DNA of 62,483 nt, the filler included, from Rhabdomonas costata (taxonomy: Eukaryota): assembly GCA_019059605.1 (NCBI GenBank). It is 14 parts of 14 records of this genome, joined end to end, with 100 filler letters (N's around TTAATTAATTAA, not from the genome) between each part and the next. Parts side by side here need not be neighbours in the genome. Positions count along the whole stretch, not along the records: positions 1 to 4,378 come from JAHMHO010000262.1; positions 4,479 to 8,831 come from JAHMHO010000263.1; positions 8,932 to 13,471 come from JAHMHO010000264.1; 11 more parts are not named here. The stretch is one strand, 5' to 3'. Numbering within the stretch: the first letter of the stretch is position 1; every line of letters starts with the position of its first letter. The notes beneath the pieces were generated by a model. It worked only from the letters and a program-made list of their open reading frames with translations. It was not told where the DNA came from and did no database searches. Below, in pieces: positions 1-13,418 of this stretch. The translations under genes were made by a program, and so were the position numbers.

Positions 1-122
1 GGGTGTTGGTTCCAACAACAAAGTGCAACACTTTCGATCTTCATTTCACTGTAAACGAATGCTGCAAAACGCTCACTCCAGGAAACGGAAACGCCCCCCT
101 GTTTTGTTTTCTGCAAAGGCAC

Positions 123-1769
123 CATGCAGCTCCGCTTCGAAGGCAAGGTTGCAGCACGAGGAGTTGTTCTCGAAGTAGCCCCCGAAGACAATCATCCGGT
201 TCTTCCACATCACGCAGCTGTGCTCGGTGAGCCCAGGAACGCCTTGTGTGAGGACGTCCCAAGTCATCGTCTCTGCGAGGAGAAGCCAAACACATCTCTA
301 TTCGCTTTGCTTGAAATGACCTTGCCAAAAAAAAATCGCTGTCTCCGAGGAATACAGGGGTGATGAGAAATTGCCTGCGATGTGGACCGTGGGAAACAGT
401 GGGGAGTGCATTACACGACACAATTGAAGGGCAAGGGTTGCTTGAAAGGTGGCGTCCCTGAATTGCACAAGATCAAAATTAGGGAGCCATCATGGATTCG
501 GTGCCATAATACTTGCGGGGCACAGAATCAAAGGGAAAGGTCATTGAACAGGCGAGGCCGCATCCTGCGTTCTCTTATGGTGCTAGTCACTGGCCGAATC
601 CACCAGTGTGTGGACAGAAAGTAGTCCCCCACCCTCATTTTAAGTACATGTAAGCAGGCATACTGAGGTCAAGCACTGCAAGCTCCTTCTTGATGCCGTG
701 GATGGTATTGCTCTTCTCCATTCCGCCCAGAACATACATTCGGTCATTGTGGACGACTGCTGTGTGGCAGGCCCTTTCTGATGGGGTGTTCCTAACGCAA
801 AAGCCATCCCGTACAGTTCGAGGAGACCACCACCCCAAAGAGGGCAATGTAATGTGGACATGGAGTTAGCTGGGTTCCTTGTGGAACTGAATATCAGAAG
901 CAGGACAAAAGCAGTCCTAGTGGCAGCCAGTCAGGAGGTGCACAGCAAAACCTAAAACCTGGGATGACACTGTCTCACCAGTTTTCGTCATCCATTTCCT
1001 ATGACTTATAACGACCAGAGACGGCCAGAGAGAGAATCACACCAAAAAGTCACAGCAGTGAGAAGCATACCTGCCTTCCTCTGATATTTGAGTGACACAT
1101 GGCGAAACAGCCAACCAAAACAGGAACCCCAGAGGGCCTCGCGCGGAGGAAAAGACTGAAGCCATTTCCAGGAAACAAGTCATCACCCCACCACCACAAA
1201 GACCCAAGGGAAAACCAGGGCGGAAAAAAGCACGGCAAAAGCGAAAAGACAAGCCACCCACAAAATAAACAGCTCAAGGCACCGGGAGGGAAGGAGGAAG
1301 AAGGACGGCCTCCACAGACGACTGGTTTGGATCAGGATCTTCCACCCACTGCACACGCAGGACACGTTCGTCAGCAGAATGGTAGGCCTGTATTTGAGGG
1401 GAAGGGGGCAGCGAGCGAGACCCAGCGTGCTCATGGGTTACGCTGAACGGAACCACGTCGCCATAGACGCCCGGAAAAAGCCGTCGAGCGGGCATCGAGC
1501 GAAAGATACGATGGAGCTGAAGCGCAACCAATACGAAGCTGAAGAAGCACTTTTCTACCACATCGCGCAGTGATGTGAGGTTTTGGGTCTCATATCACAA
1601 ACCTAAGCGCCTGCAATCTGGAAGGGAGTGGAAGGGTCGGGAGGGCGCACTTCAAAAACGATAGGAGCTCCAGAAGAAGATCATCAGGCAGCTTGCGAAG
1701 GCAGGAGCGTGGGCAGCGGGTTCTCCAACGCCCATCTCGGATCGTGACGGGAGAGCCAGAAGAGGACAT
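123..1769 (-). CDS. F-box/Kelch-repeat protein (spliced; 3' end lies beyond window start)
   Basis: ATG at 1769. Exon 1651-1769 (LRKLPDDLLLELLSFL) joins by a GT-AG intron to an exon starting at 1387 (KPTILLTNVSCVCSGWKILIQTSRLW), forming an F-box. Exons ~664-791 (PSERACHTAVVHNDRMYVLGG) and 123-272 (TWDVLTQGVPGLTEHSCVMWKNRMIVFGGY) are Kelch repeats. Middle exons are uncertain. Confidence 0.8.
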
Positions 1770-2809
1770 CACGGAAAGAAAAGAAAAGAAAAGGGAAAGA
1801 AGAATAGAAGCACAACGTGTTCTGCAAAAGTTTAGAAACATCCACACAAAGGTTTGCACGGTGAAAACATACTTTCAACACACACACACACACACACACA
1901 CAGCCAAGACTGAATACATGCAATTAGAGCCCAAAGAAGACGAGGCAAGACGTAAGGTGTGGGAATGCAGTATTTCGGCGGCTGTTGGTAGAAATCAATA
2001 AATACTAAATGTAATGTGAGCCCTTGCCACAAATACACCGTCACAAGGGCTCCAAAACCAACCCATGCATTCCTTCGGAACCTGAACCACGCTAAGGGGA
2101 AGGCTAAGATATATTTGTAAAAGGCCCAAACACGGGTTGGTCAAGTTTCCATATAGAAAACCAAACTAATCTTTTCGCATTCTTGTGCCGAAACTCAGCT
2201 TATAATTGCACGACTGAATTGAGTGGCTGCACACCGATTCTCGAGCTCCCAAATTCATCCGAACGCCAGTTTATCTTCAGCCCCTAGCTGCCTCTTTTGT
2301 GCTCCTCAGTGTCTTGCCCTTCGTTCAGCCTTAAGGTCCGTATGAGCCTATTGTCAGCGAATTGCATTCTGACGAGCTGTTCCCGCTGGAGCCTTGACGA
2401 GAAAATGGTATTCACAACTGAAGCCATCAAGCTCACAGCCCACTCAGAAACACCAGAGCACCGTTGGTTTACGAAGGGCCCCCGGCAGAAAGATGGGTCA
2501 GCATATTACCACATTATCTTGGACAAAGTATCCAAACCGGCGGGTCACAGGCGGGTGTACCGCACATCCCCACCGGAATCGCAGAGTAATTGAGGTCTGC
2601 ACAGCATACACAGCGGCGATGGGTCGCTGAGGACGACTCCCCACTCACACCAAGCCACACAAAAGTACAGTCTCAAGTCAATACAAAGTTCGTGAAGAGG
2701 TCACGTGCGCCCTATAAAACGATAAAAAAGAGCATCAATAAGGTCAGAGCAACGTCTTGGCAGCAGCAAAAAACCGAACGTACCTCTACAGGATGGAAGC
2801 GCAGTGCTC

Positions 2810-3524
2810 TCAACGGCAGCGGGAGAAGTTCGGGTTGCAGGCCACTGTGAAGCAGTGCGAGAATTGGGAGTGGTAGATTGCACAAATAATCATGAAAAAA
2901 TGATACTGGTGCCAACAAGCTTATGCAGTAACAACATGTTCACACAGCACCCCCAGCACCTCACCTCGATCATCTCCAACACTTCAACGACGCACGCGAT
3001 CAAGAATAAAACAGAACTGCCAAAACGCACTGTCACATACTCATTAGCACAATAATAATCAACACCTGAAAAGCGAAGGGAATGAAACCGGGGAAGACCA
3101 AAGCTAGGACTTCACTGACAGAAGGGCAAACGAACAAGCACAGATAAGAAAAGTAGGCGTCAGACCAGAGCAACTGTGACGATTATCGCAACCATTTTGG
3201 CATGTTTCCGGCAGTACTGCCTTCTGAGGTCGCTGGCTCCGGCCTGAAACATCTGAAAAAAGAACAGATAACGTCATGAAACACGTACGTCGAACGACGA
3301 CGGAACCTTGTCACGGGATGCGGGGAGGGGGCGAGCAAAAACAAAAATACGTTGGCGCCGACAGCAAGATCCCTGGAGCGATCCACTAAAATATCCAGTT
3401 TCGCCCCTCTTGCCAGCGCAAGATCTGCAATGCAATATGCAAAATGAAACACACACATGTATAGGTCTGTATGTATGTATGTATGTATGTATGTATGTAT
3501 GTATGTATGTATGTGTGTATGTAA

Positions 3525-3574
<50 letters not shown>

Positions 3575-4193
3575 GGACAGACGGACAGTCAGACGGACAG
3601 ACAGACAAAGGGTCATGCAGGCACACATATAGGTTGAAACCGCCGTTTTGCCGTTTCCCGTTTCCCATCTGTACTTGCTCCACCGGACTGCCAACCATCC
3701 TTGAACAAGTGACCACAGCATCAAGTGAAATAATGGGGGGTTCCACCGATGTTTCTCATCATGTCCTCCCGCACGTCGTCCAAGTCCATCTGAAGTCTCT
3801 GAATCTTGTCATTGGCAGGGTCGTTGTGAAACCCCTAACAAAGGAGCAGAGCGGTATACTCCCCAACACAACGAAATGAGACCATGCAGCCCAGGCAAAC
3901 ATGGCATCGTGAAGTGGTCATCCGACAATTTGACCCCTCAGATCTCAAATGTGTCACCGGTTGTGAGACATTAGGTGGGGACTCTCGTACCTTCCGTTCA
4001 AATCATCACACAGGGAAGGGGTTCGGACAGACGCACCATGCAGTCCGTTAGGACCTTAACTGGGGGGTTGAAATCCTTGGGAAGTTTCTCCGCAACGCTC
4101 TCCAGAAAGGAGAAGGCCACCCTCATTGGAACGTCCTTGTGTGCGGCGCAGATATACACGCGCTCACCTTCCCCCTTGTAGTAGAAGGTGAAG
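2810..4193 (-). CDS. VAMP7-like longin R-SNARE (synaptobrevin family), 5' part missing
   Basis: In-phase GT-AG exons: 4037-4193 (longin, YICAAHKDVPMRVAFSFLESV), 3747-3834 (NDKIQRLQMDLDDVREDMMRNI), 3351-3424 (DLALARGAKLDILVDRSRDL, R-SNARE zero layer), 3166-3252 and 3041-3065 (TM helix), 2810-2844 (ACNPNFSRCR, TGA stop). Confidence 0.88.
3469..3608. repeat. Compound microsatellite (TATG)n followed by (CAGA/CGGA)n in a VAMP7 intron
   Basis: Tetranucleotide tandem runs are directly visible. Confidence 0.95.
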
Positions 4194-4378
4194 CTGTAGA
4201 AACAGGGCAGAGAGAGGGAAACCCGATGGAATCAAACGGGCGCATCACCCCCAAGAACAAAGCCAATTTCGACTTCCACGCCAGAAGGGAAACAGCCGAC
4301 ATTTAAAGGACACACAACAGAAGGTACACTCACATGCTACGTAGGTTTGGGAAGCCCTTTAAGAAGAGCACAAAACAA

Positions 4379-4478
4379 NNNNNNNNNNNNNNNNNNNNNN
4401 NNNNNNNNNNNNNNNNNNNNNNTTAATTAATTAANNNNNNNNNNNNNNNNNNNNNNNNNNNNNNNNNNNNNNNNNNNN
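4379..4478. other. Artificial contig spacer (44 N + TTAATTAATTAA + 44 N); recurs at about 8832, 13472, 17934, 22383, 26824, 31310, 35743, 40188, 44620, 49042, 53508 and 58063
   Basis: The same ~100-nt linker, with stops in all six frames, appears 13 times between contigs of near-equal length. Confidence 0.97.
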
Positions 4479-5085
4479 TGCCCTCTGGAAGCGGTAGGGC
4501 CGCGGCGGTCTTCCCCAACCCCTCTGAACAACCAGTGTACATGGCAGCAAAACAAAGAAATCAGCTCTGACATGCCCACCCGAGCTACAATGGTGCAACT
4601 TGCATGAACGGGCATGAAACTGCACAGGCATGAAACTGCACAGGAGCGGAGTTCAGCCCGCAGGCAACAAACGGGCACAAGTGCTTGCTGCAAATTTCAA
4701 GGACAATTCGCTTGCATGAAATTTAATGGGGAAACTGATCACCGTCACACGTTAATTGGGAAAACACGGAGAACGATCCACTGCCATTAATGTGAAGTTC
4801 TGCGTATCACTCACTTATCGCTCATCGGCCGTGGGGTCATCCAGCTCATCCAGCCTGTGTGTTCTTAACTGAGGTTCCGGATCACCCTCCTAAAATCGCT
4901 CGCATACTTGGGTACTGCTCCGTGGCGAGCAGCGGGACTTTCAGGATAGTCGAGGCCTTGACCAGGCAGTTCGCCACCCACAGCACGGACTGTGGGCTGG
5001 AGATTCGGGGCAGAAACTTCTCTCGGATGTCACACAGCAAGAAGGCCGTCTTGGCCTTCGACAGGAACCCCAGCGAAGCAGGCAT
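4479..5085 (-). CDS. Isochorismatase-domain protein (ISOC1/ISOC2-like), 3' truncated by contig end
   Basis: Exon 4908-5085 (MPASLGFLSKAKTAFLLCDIREKFLPRI...ILKVPLLATEQYP) splices GT-AG to 4479-4523 (KGLGKTAAALPLPEG), rebuilding the family motif TEQYPKGLGxT. Confidence 0.85.
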
Positions 5086-6399
5086 TACTGACCCTCACGA
5101 ACTCAAAACCCCCACAGATCGGACGGCAACAGAAAAAAACAACGGGGCACCCACTCCCAAGCCGCAGCAACAAAATCCGAGCAAGGAAGTCGCTATGGAC
5201 TGCAAAACAGAAAAAGCACTAAGAGACATTACTGGTGACTTCACCGGATGGGTGCTGCACCGGTTTGCTAGCCATGATGGCAAAAAATTACTGCAGGCTG
5301 CCCTGCTGGTTTACCGACCTAATGCTCCTTTGAAGGACTTTTGATGCCATATCTGATGCAAGATGCATTCAATACCCACGCTTCTCGCAAATATTAGTCA
5401 ATACCAACAGGTCCACAGACTTAGCAAACGACTCTGCTGTCTGTTTCCATCTCCATCCAGCAGAAAGCGATGAGAGAGAAAACACATTCCCGCCGCCTGC
5501 AAGGTGCCCAAGGGAATTGAGGCCATGTGCGGGGGGAAGAGAGAAAGACAGAGACGGAGAAAACAATATGATCGTTTCCAGCTCAAAATTTACAAACCCG
5601 CTAGTGTGTCCTATGTGGAGCTACACGGACCGGATGAGAGAGCAAGAGAGAGAGAGCGCAAAGTAGAGAGGAGGGTGTCCTCAACGCCGTACCACACACA
5701 GAACACAGGAGAAAGTGAGGGCGCCCACAGATAGGCGTTTCCTCGCACACAAAGCACACAAACGCTGACGTCTGGGCCCTGCCGTGCCATGCTAAAAGAC
5801 AGAGGTGAAAAAACCACCATTTCGACTTGCACAGAGGGTTCAGCATGATAAGAATGGGGCGTTCCACCGGCGGTGGAGCCACGACAAAGTCCTAGTTTGG
5901 GCCTAAAAGGACCACCACAATGGCAAAATTAAATGGCACACTTAAATTCAATTGGGGTGTGTGTGTGTCAAATCGCCCCCCACCTCTCCCTGTATTTGCG
6001 ATGCTGACCAGCGTGGCTGATACTTGCTCATTAGAAGCGCCACCTTTTCCTTACCGTCTCATTAATTAGACGGCGAAGCCGAAGCAGGTCCGAGGGTTTT
6101 TGTATACACTTTGTGTGTGTAGGGGGAGGGGGAATCGTAGTTAAAGTCTTTAGCCTCTCACTTTTGACATGGCAAGTGCCCAAAAACGCGGAAAGAATAT
6201 CCCCTCCCATCCTTTGCCAGCCGGAAAGGGCAACTGTCCAGACAATGTCTGTCCAGCCCCCCAAATCCAGCCCAGAATCCCAAACCAGACCAGAAAAGAC
6301 CTCAGCTATCGGCATGCTCCTTTAGAGCTCAGGCGGCAGCAGCAGCTGCTGCGGTTGGGGGCGCTGCCCTTCCAGGGACGCTAAGAGTCACACACTCAC

Positions 6400-7854
6400 T
6401 CTCATCCCCACAGCCATGGCGGAGGCGAAGACCAGCGCGGAGTAGGGCTCGGGGTTCAGCAGGTTGGTGATGGCCGGGCCAGGGCAGATTCCGGTCAGGC
6501 CCCACCCCAGGCCAAACAGAACGGCCCCTGCCACAACAACCCCGGAGAACATGATAATGTGTCACCAGCATCGAAAAATACCTTGGAAGACAGTCCACGG
6601 ACAAGGTGAGGTGAGTGAGGGGGTGAAACCACAAAGTAAGGGTGAGTGACGGTTTGATAATTTGTCCGCCGAACGCCGGTTTTAGGCCGTTACCAAAGAT
6701 GATAACGGTTAACGATGCGACGCGCCGAGAGCACTCCGAAACAAGGGGGCAGCTGAGGCGGGACCTGAGTAGCTCCCCGCCTTGAGGAAGGCAGTGACGG
6801 TGATTAGTAGTACCGCTTTGTATGGCGGGAGGCGGGAGGCGGGAGGACGTGTGACTTCAGTGCTATATACTTCTTGTGCGTGCGTGTGGACCGGTGACTC
6901 TTGCGCATGACTGCTGTGTCTCATTTTCCCCAACTCAATTACACTGAACTGTTGTGTTTTCATGCCGATGCCGCAAGTACACTGAGGGTGCGAGGACCGG
7001 TCACCGGGCCGCGGGAGCGTGTCTCTGTCTTGTGCAGGCTTTTGCATTTCGCTGAAGAAGTCCCCTTGTGCAGTGAGACAGCGACGGAGCAGCCAAGAGG
7101 AGGTTTCAGCTCATTAATACTGCGACGCATCACCGAGAGCACTCCGTTCATCAAACGCTTTCTTTGTGGAGGATGCTGCTACCTGGCTGTTAGCACATGC
7201 AAAACTAAGGGAACAAAGTACTCAAAATATCAGTCTGAACAACCCAGATGTCCAAATCCCGACCTCACAATCCAGCGCCCGTGTAAGAGGGTATACCGGT
7301 GAGAAGTGGCTGATCGATGTCGGCCTTGGAGGGCAGGTCGAAGGTGCCCCCGAGAAGAGGGGGTTGCTTCTGCGCCCAAGGCAAAAGGAAGGAAAGAAAG
7401 CCCCGGAAACGATTTGTGAACGCACCGAGGGGGAGGGTAGCCTCCTATAGGCATGCAAGTCGTGTGGTCAAGTGGAAAGGGAAGTATGGTATAACAGTCA
7501 GTGCTGTGCGAAGAATTGCTTTCATTGCGTCAGTAAAGGTGCGTAATGAATCTGCATCCCCATTTCCAAGGTTTTCGTTTGCCAGTGCCCGGTGGAAGCA
7601 GGTCAATTGCGCATCCGGGAAATCGGCAAAAACAGCTCACCACAACCAGCAACCACATACTCGCAGAAAACGCTCCTAACGCTCCTAAATTGTAAACAAA
7701 TAGGTATCTGACACTCTCCCCCTCCAACCTTGGCGGCCCGCTTCAGGCAGATCAGCTGGAAAATCGGCAGCGCGGCGCCAATCGCCCCGCCCATCACCAT
7801 AATCATCGCCGGGTCCCACTGGGAGACGTCCGAGAGGACCAGGAACCGGGAAAC
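6400..7854 (-). CDS. YeeE/YedE-family (thiosulfate/sulfur transporter-like) membrane protein, internal exons
   Basis: In-phase exons 7729-7854 (WDPAMIMVMGGAIG), 7297-7369 (FDLPSKADIDQPLLT) and 6400-6527 (GAVLFGLGWGLTGICPGPAI, the YeeE/YedE CPG motif). Start and stop were not located. Confidence 0.85.
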
Positions 7855-8535
7855 CTGAAGGGACCGAAAAGGCGAAAGCTTGGCGGGGGGAGTGGGTGGC
7901 GACGTGGAATATGGCAAGCTCCACCGGAAAACTCATAATGTGATGGATGAAGTCAATCCATTTTCATTTGATTCAGGCGCAATTGTCTCAACACCAGTAA
8001 TGCGACGAAGCAGAAAGGGAATCAGGGTGACTGAATGCTGGAGGAGGAGTGGGATGCTGCTCCTGCGCGCCGAAGCCACGATTTTTTCTGAGTGAGCTTC
8101 AAACCAGGCTGTGCGGACGGTATCCGGCAAAACGAGCAGAGGGATATGGAAATTCAGTATGTATCAACGGCACAGCTTTCCTTTTGTACTCCCCCAGAGA
8201 TTTAGAGGATGTTGACGCTTTATGATAATAGAAGATTTGCACAGGGTTAGGTCGCCATACACGCCCCCCAGCGGTACATCTCGGGAGGGTACTTTCGCTA
8301 ATGAGCTACGTTCTTTGTCGTTGGTGTGATCGCAGCGGGACTTTGAGCGGTGGACAATGTTGTTGTGGAGGTGGAGTGCTGTGTTGTTTCGCATGGTGTG
8401 AATGCTTTTCGTAAAGAGAAGGGGATGTTCGTATCGTATAAAGTTAAGCTTTTTTGTGGTAAGAATCGTTCAGCTAGAAGAGCTGAGACGTTGGAGTGAT
8501 CGGACGTCGGAGGCAGAAGTGCATCCTCCGTCCTA

Positions 8536-8831
8536 GCAGGGGAGGGTGTAACGGCTCAGCATACGTAGGAAGAACGTTTTGTAGTAGAAAAAAAAAGAGA
8601 CAGCTTGGTGAGCCAGACAAGATTTTCGTAGTAGCTTGGAAGCTTGGTTAGTCGCAGAAGTTGGTAAGGAGCTCAGAGGAGATCGTTTAAAGAGCAGAGA
8701 TCAGTTGAGGCTTTGAAGGTGTTCAAGAAATTCGTAAATCAGTGCGAGAGCAGTAGAAAAGCGAGTTAGCAGCAGGCAGTTCGTAAGGACAGCTTTTGGG
8801 AGAAGGCAGTGGTGCAGAGCAAAGGCCAGTG
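8536..8831 (+). mobile_element. Polypurine tract plus 5' end of an LTR (repeat family shared with 30894-31309 and 39288-39430)
   Basis: A purine-rich tract AGCAGGGGAGGG lies immediately before TGTAACGG at 8547. 8550-8680 matches 39291-39430 and 8690-8831 matches 30894-31036 on other contigs. Confidence 0.7.
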
Positions 8832-9551
8832 NNNNNNNNNNNNNNNNNNNNNNNNNNNNNNNNNNNNNNNNNNNNTTAATTAATTAANNNNNNNNNNNNN
8901 NNNNNNNNNNNNNNNNNNNNNNNNNNNNNNNTTGGTGTGTTCCCTTTTCTCCTTCGGTGTGAAATATTTGCGTTCATGTCGTGATTGCAATCCGACATTC
9001 TGTGATTTGCTTTTTCACTTGTTGGACAATGTTTTGGCTTTCACTCTCGGACTCGTGGTGGAAAAAAGTGAAAAGTGATTTGAAATCGAAGCTTTTTCGG
9101 CGCCTAATACATCAAAAGTGGCCTTTCTTCTTGCACGCTTTGTGCTTTGTCTGAGTTCTCACTTCTTCCCTGACACGGGAGAATATCCCATAAATAGAAA
9201 CTGGTGCAGACCAGTGTGAAGCTTTGCAATATGCTTTTTGTGAGGTGAATTCCCTCCGGATGAATACATGGCTTGAGATGGACAGCTCCGTGGTAACTTC
9301 CTAAACTTCCGTTGGCACATGGAAGGGAACTGGTAAGGGAATTCCATTTCGTTATTTAACACCATTCTCTGTTCGGGATCAGATGTTCAGCAGCGCCGAG
9401 AAAAAAACAGTAAAAACAGCAAGAAAACAAAAAAAATTTCAAAGGTACGAGAAGAACAAAACAGAAAAGGCGAGCGAAATATCAAACAGCAGGACTAAAT
9501 CACAACAGAGAGCGGGGCAAAACTTGAGCTTGAAAGGGAACTTCACAAGAC

Positions 9552-12500
9552 CAAACATGATGCGAACCTTGGAGCCCTTGTCACCGATGCCGATGGCGGT
9601 GACTTTGAGGTAGTTCTCATCCATTTCTTTCTCCGAAGGTCCCTTCACGCCCCCCCCCCCCCCCTCCCCTTCATTCGAATGTCATTCAACAATAGTCCCT
9701 TCTCGAGAAGAATGCCACCACAACGCCACAAAACAACCCTGGTGTGGATCCTCAAAAAGGCCACGGTGAGACCTGGTTTTGATCAGGATCAGGTTTTGAC
9801 TCACTCCAGCATCACTGCCAGTATCCTTGCTGGAAGAAGTCATTTCAATGGGAGGGGGAGTGATCTGCCACAACTTTGCTGAATCCTTGGGTTCCACATT
9901 GCAGCGTTGGGAGGTCAACCCATGATGAATTCTTCATACAATTACATCTTCTGCTTATGCTGTAAATTGTTGCCTTTTCCTTTCTTTCAAACTGTGCGTG
10001 TGCACAAACATTGCTCTGCAATGAGCTTTGGGTGATGGTCCATGATGAACGAAGGGTTCAGTTCACAAAGATCAGTGGCTTGGACCCGTATGGAGATTTG
10101 AAGTTCTGAAAAACTGGTCCCATCTTGCTGGCGCCAACGACACACCACCTCGGAATCGCTTCCTTGTGCTTCCGTACACCATGGTTCATCCAAGCCCTCG
10201 GTGATCAAGGGCAGGGGGTGCGACGACCCAAGTGAGCATGAAAGAACTTCTCACACCACAGGGCATCTATCACTCGACGTACACCATTGTGGATACCCAC
10301 TGCTGTGTAAACCCAATGCCCCCGCACACCTCCCCAGGGTTGGGGGGGAAGAAGCGCTGCATCAGGTACCGCAGCGGCCCGAACAGCAGGGCGGTGCCGA
10401 AGTAGACCAGCCCCATCGTGTCCACAAAGCCCGCCATGAACCCTAAACCCGCCACACACACACATACACACACACACCAGTGCTTAAGTTCACCAGAGGC
10501 AGTCATTGCGGCCGAAGGGAACATGTGTGCCATCGCCCAAAGTTCCCCCTCTCTCCTCCTTTATCTCTATTTGGGTGATCAAGTTAACACACAATAGTCC
10601 AGGGCACAGAGTGTTCAGGGTAGTACGCAAAAAAGGCAATGCGATAAATTTCTTTAACAACAAAATAACACAATAGGCCAATAAATTAGAGGGGGAGAAG
10701 CGTGAGAAAAGGGTGTGTGAAGGGGAGGTTGGACAAGGAGAGGAGGGGAAAAGAACCTGAGAGAAGGAAGAGAAGGAACGAAGGAGAGGGAGAAAAGCGT
10801 GCACAAAAAAACAGACAGAGACAAGGGACAAGAACAAAGAAAAAATATGGGAAAATATTTGGGGTGATAGTCACTGGATCAGGATACGGAATAATTGCGC
10901 ACTCGCAGAGGACAGCGAAGACCACCAGTGAAAGGAAAAGGGCGGCAGCAGAAGTACTACTACCACACACACACACACACACACACGGAAAAAGTAACTC
11001 TGGATGGAAAATACACAATTGAGTGGAAAGAAAAGCGTGCAAACATGGGGAGCTAGACAAGAAAGCGTCGTGTGCGCGATGGGGCTGAAGGAAAGGCTGT
11101 GATCTGACCGCGCTAGGGGGGAGGGCGCTAATTTTGATAATACGTCATTGACTGTAACACCACCAAATCAAAAAATTGAAGGCTCAGCATCTGTAGAATG
11201 AAATTCAGCCGCAGTGTCTGAGCAATATCCCAATGTGATCCAAATGTTATGGACCGCGTCACCTCATCGAAAATCAGCTTCAAAACCAAGCACAACCGAT
11301 CTGCAGTGGAACCCAGTTTTCTTCACCACCCCCTTCTAACTAAGTCCAAAAACGCCTGATCAAGTGCACAATTTAGTAAGTTGCGACTTTTTGATATAAG
11401 CATTCAAGCAATTGTGGAGCCGTCCCAGTCCTGCAAGATATGGGTGGAAGTATCAAGAAAGTTAACGCTTTTTAAAGTGGCGATGTGCCTGCAACAGCGA
11501 CTCACCTGCAGGGCAAGCGTCCAACAATTGTTCTCTCCTTGGTTTCTCGTGGAGGTTGTATTTAAGGATTCACACGCAAAAAACAGCAACAACCAGAAAA
11601 CAAAAAGGCGGACAGCTCCACAGATCTCTGCATATTTCTGCAGCACCTCTGTCCACTGGGGCTCTCGACGTCGCTGCCCAACAATCTTCTCTTCTCTTCT
11701 CTTTTCCGAACCTCGCCTTGGGTTTGAGCGCATCTGTTTACCCGCTGCCTAGGTCCTGTTGGGTGGGAGCATTATTTTTCGGTTCGCTCAGGATGTTTGA
11801 CGGTGGATGTAATGAGATGGAGGGCTGAATGGGGACTGTAAGAAAAAAGGGCAAACCTGGGTACACCAGAGACTCCCGGTAGCGCAGGTGGGGCCCGTAC
11901 TGGCACAGCGCGTTGGAGCGCCCCACGACCTCTGCATTGATGGAGGCCTGCCGTGTGAGACCAGCATCGCCGTGCCAAAAAAAAAGTAACCCGTGCCATA
12001 GACACGGCATGCACATAAGTGAGTCACATGCAGTGAATTGTCAGTAAATGTCAATCAAAAAGTGTGCGTGTTCCCCAAAAAAAAACTTAACACCCGGGGA
12101 GGGGGGCCTGTGATGATGGGCCAGCGATGGCTTTGTTTTTGTGGGGAATAAAATACAGGTAAAGCACAGCATTTTTAACAAAGAAGCGTGGGCTGCTGCT
12201 TCTAGAGGTGATGCAGAACTTCACATGTGTTCACCCCCTAGTGTCCACACGCAGCTGACCAGCGTGCAGGCTCTCGACGATTGCGTCCACGATGCGTATA
12301 CTATTTGGTGCCGAGGGACGGTCCTGTGGGCCATCGCCAGAAAGCCAGTCCCGAGTAAGCTGGAAATGAACGGCACATACCATCAGAAAAGGTCCAACCC
12401 AGCGCCCCATCTCCGAGGAGTACTTCAGAATGTTTGTGTTGCGCTCCACAACGGTAAACACCGAGCGCTGGCCTGCACACACAAGCACGCACACAACACA

Positions 12501-13331
12501 CATAGAAAAGAACAGAAAAAAGCCCATAAGGGCAGAGAATGCACATGCAGTCCTCTAGCCGCAGCCATTGGTGCATCCGATAAGGCACTTCAGAGTCCCC
12601 AAATTCGGGAATTTGGATGATTCGGATCTGCAAGTTAAGCTCAAACAAACTCAGACCCCTACACAAAATGGCCTTTATCATATTTGCCCTTTGCATCGTC
12701 ACCAAAACTCCGAAAACTGCACCCACGCAACGTTCCCGCCGTTTGTCTGACATCCATTGAATTTATCCGCGCCGAAAAGGAGAGAAAGAGATTGTTACAG
12801 ACCACTGGGCAGCTTCAGCATGGGGTCAAAATCGCGCGAGCTGCGCTTTGGGGCCACCCCAAAGCTCTCAAAGATTGTGGCCATTGTCCCTCCGCTGAGA
12901 CCGCCGCGGCACTCGTCATAACATCGCACCTGCACAAGTATCCAAAGGGCAGCCAAGACCTCGGTCCGGCACCGCTCTGTGCCCATCACGTGTCCATCAT
13001 CCCATGCGTTCTTCAACCGTGCGGGTGCAAAAAATATGCATACCAACATTCAACATTCAACATTGTGCGGGGTTAGAGGGCAGTGCTCATCATTTTCTCC
13101 AACTTCAGGGGTTCTGTGCAAAATTCAGGTTGCCCGCATATCTGAACTTTAAATATCTCACCCATTACACAACTCACTCAGAGCTTTCAGCTACAGCACC
13201 AAACCAGTAGGTCGCAGCGTGGCCAACCTGGATGAGGTTCTCCCCGCGCTGCTTCAGCTGCTGCGCCAGGGCCAGGGTGCACAGCTCCCATGGCACACTG
13301 TCGTGGCCGCAGAAATGAACAATCCTGGCCC
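9552..13331 (-). CDS. Saccharopine-dehydrogenase-like oxidoreductase (SCCPDH / trans-acting enoyl reductase family), internal exons
   Basis: In-phase GT-AG exons: 13228-13331 (IVHFCGHDSVP), 12803-12929 (GGLSGGTMATI), 12381-12472 (WVGPFLM), 11857-11947 (ASINAEVVGRSNAL..YG..LRYRE), 10330-10442 (FFPPNPGE) and from 9642 (GPSEKEM). Confidence 0.85.
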
Positions 13332-13378
13332 CTGGGAAGATCAAGCAAAACCGATCCACACTATCAACGAGCCCCCTT

Positions 13379-13418
<40 letters not shown>

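Noticed and set aside
2297-2593. 98-aa ORF between the F-box and VAMP7 genes
   Set aside because: It has no recognisable domain or splice-supported structure.
3183-3879. ORFs with YVCM/QTDR/SVCL repeats
   Set aside because: They are translations of intronic microsatellites.
4423-4434. Regularly spaced TTAATTAATTAA motif about every 4.4 kb
   Set aside because: It is always embedded in N runs, so it is an artificial six-frame-stop contig linker. Apparent gene clustering across linkers is meaningless.
4859-5344. 161-aa + strand ORF
   Set aside because: It is the antisense shadow of the isochorismatase-domain exon.
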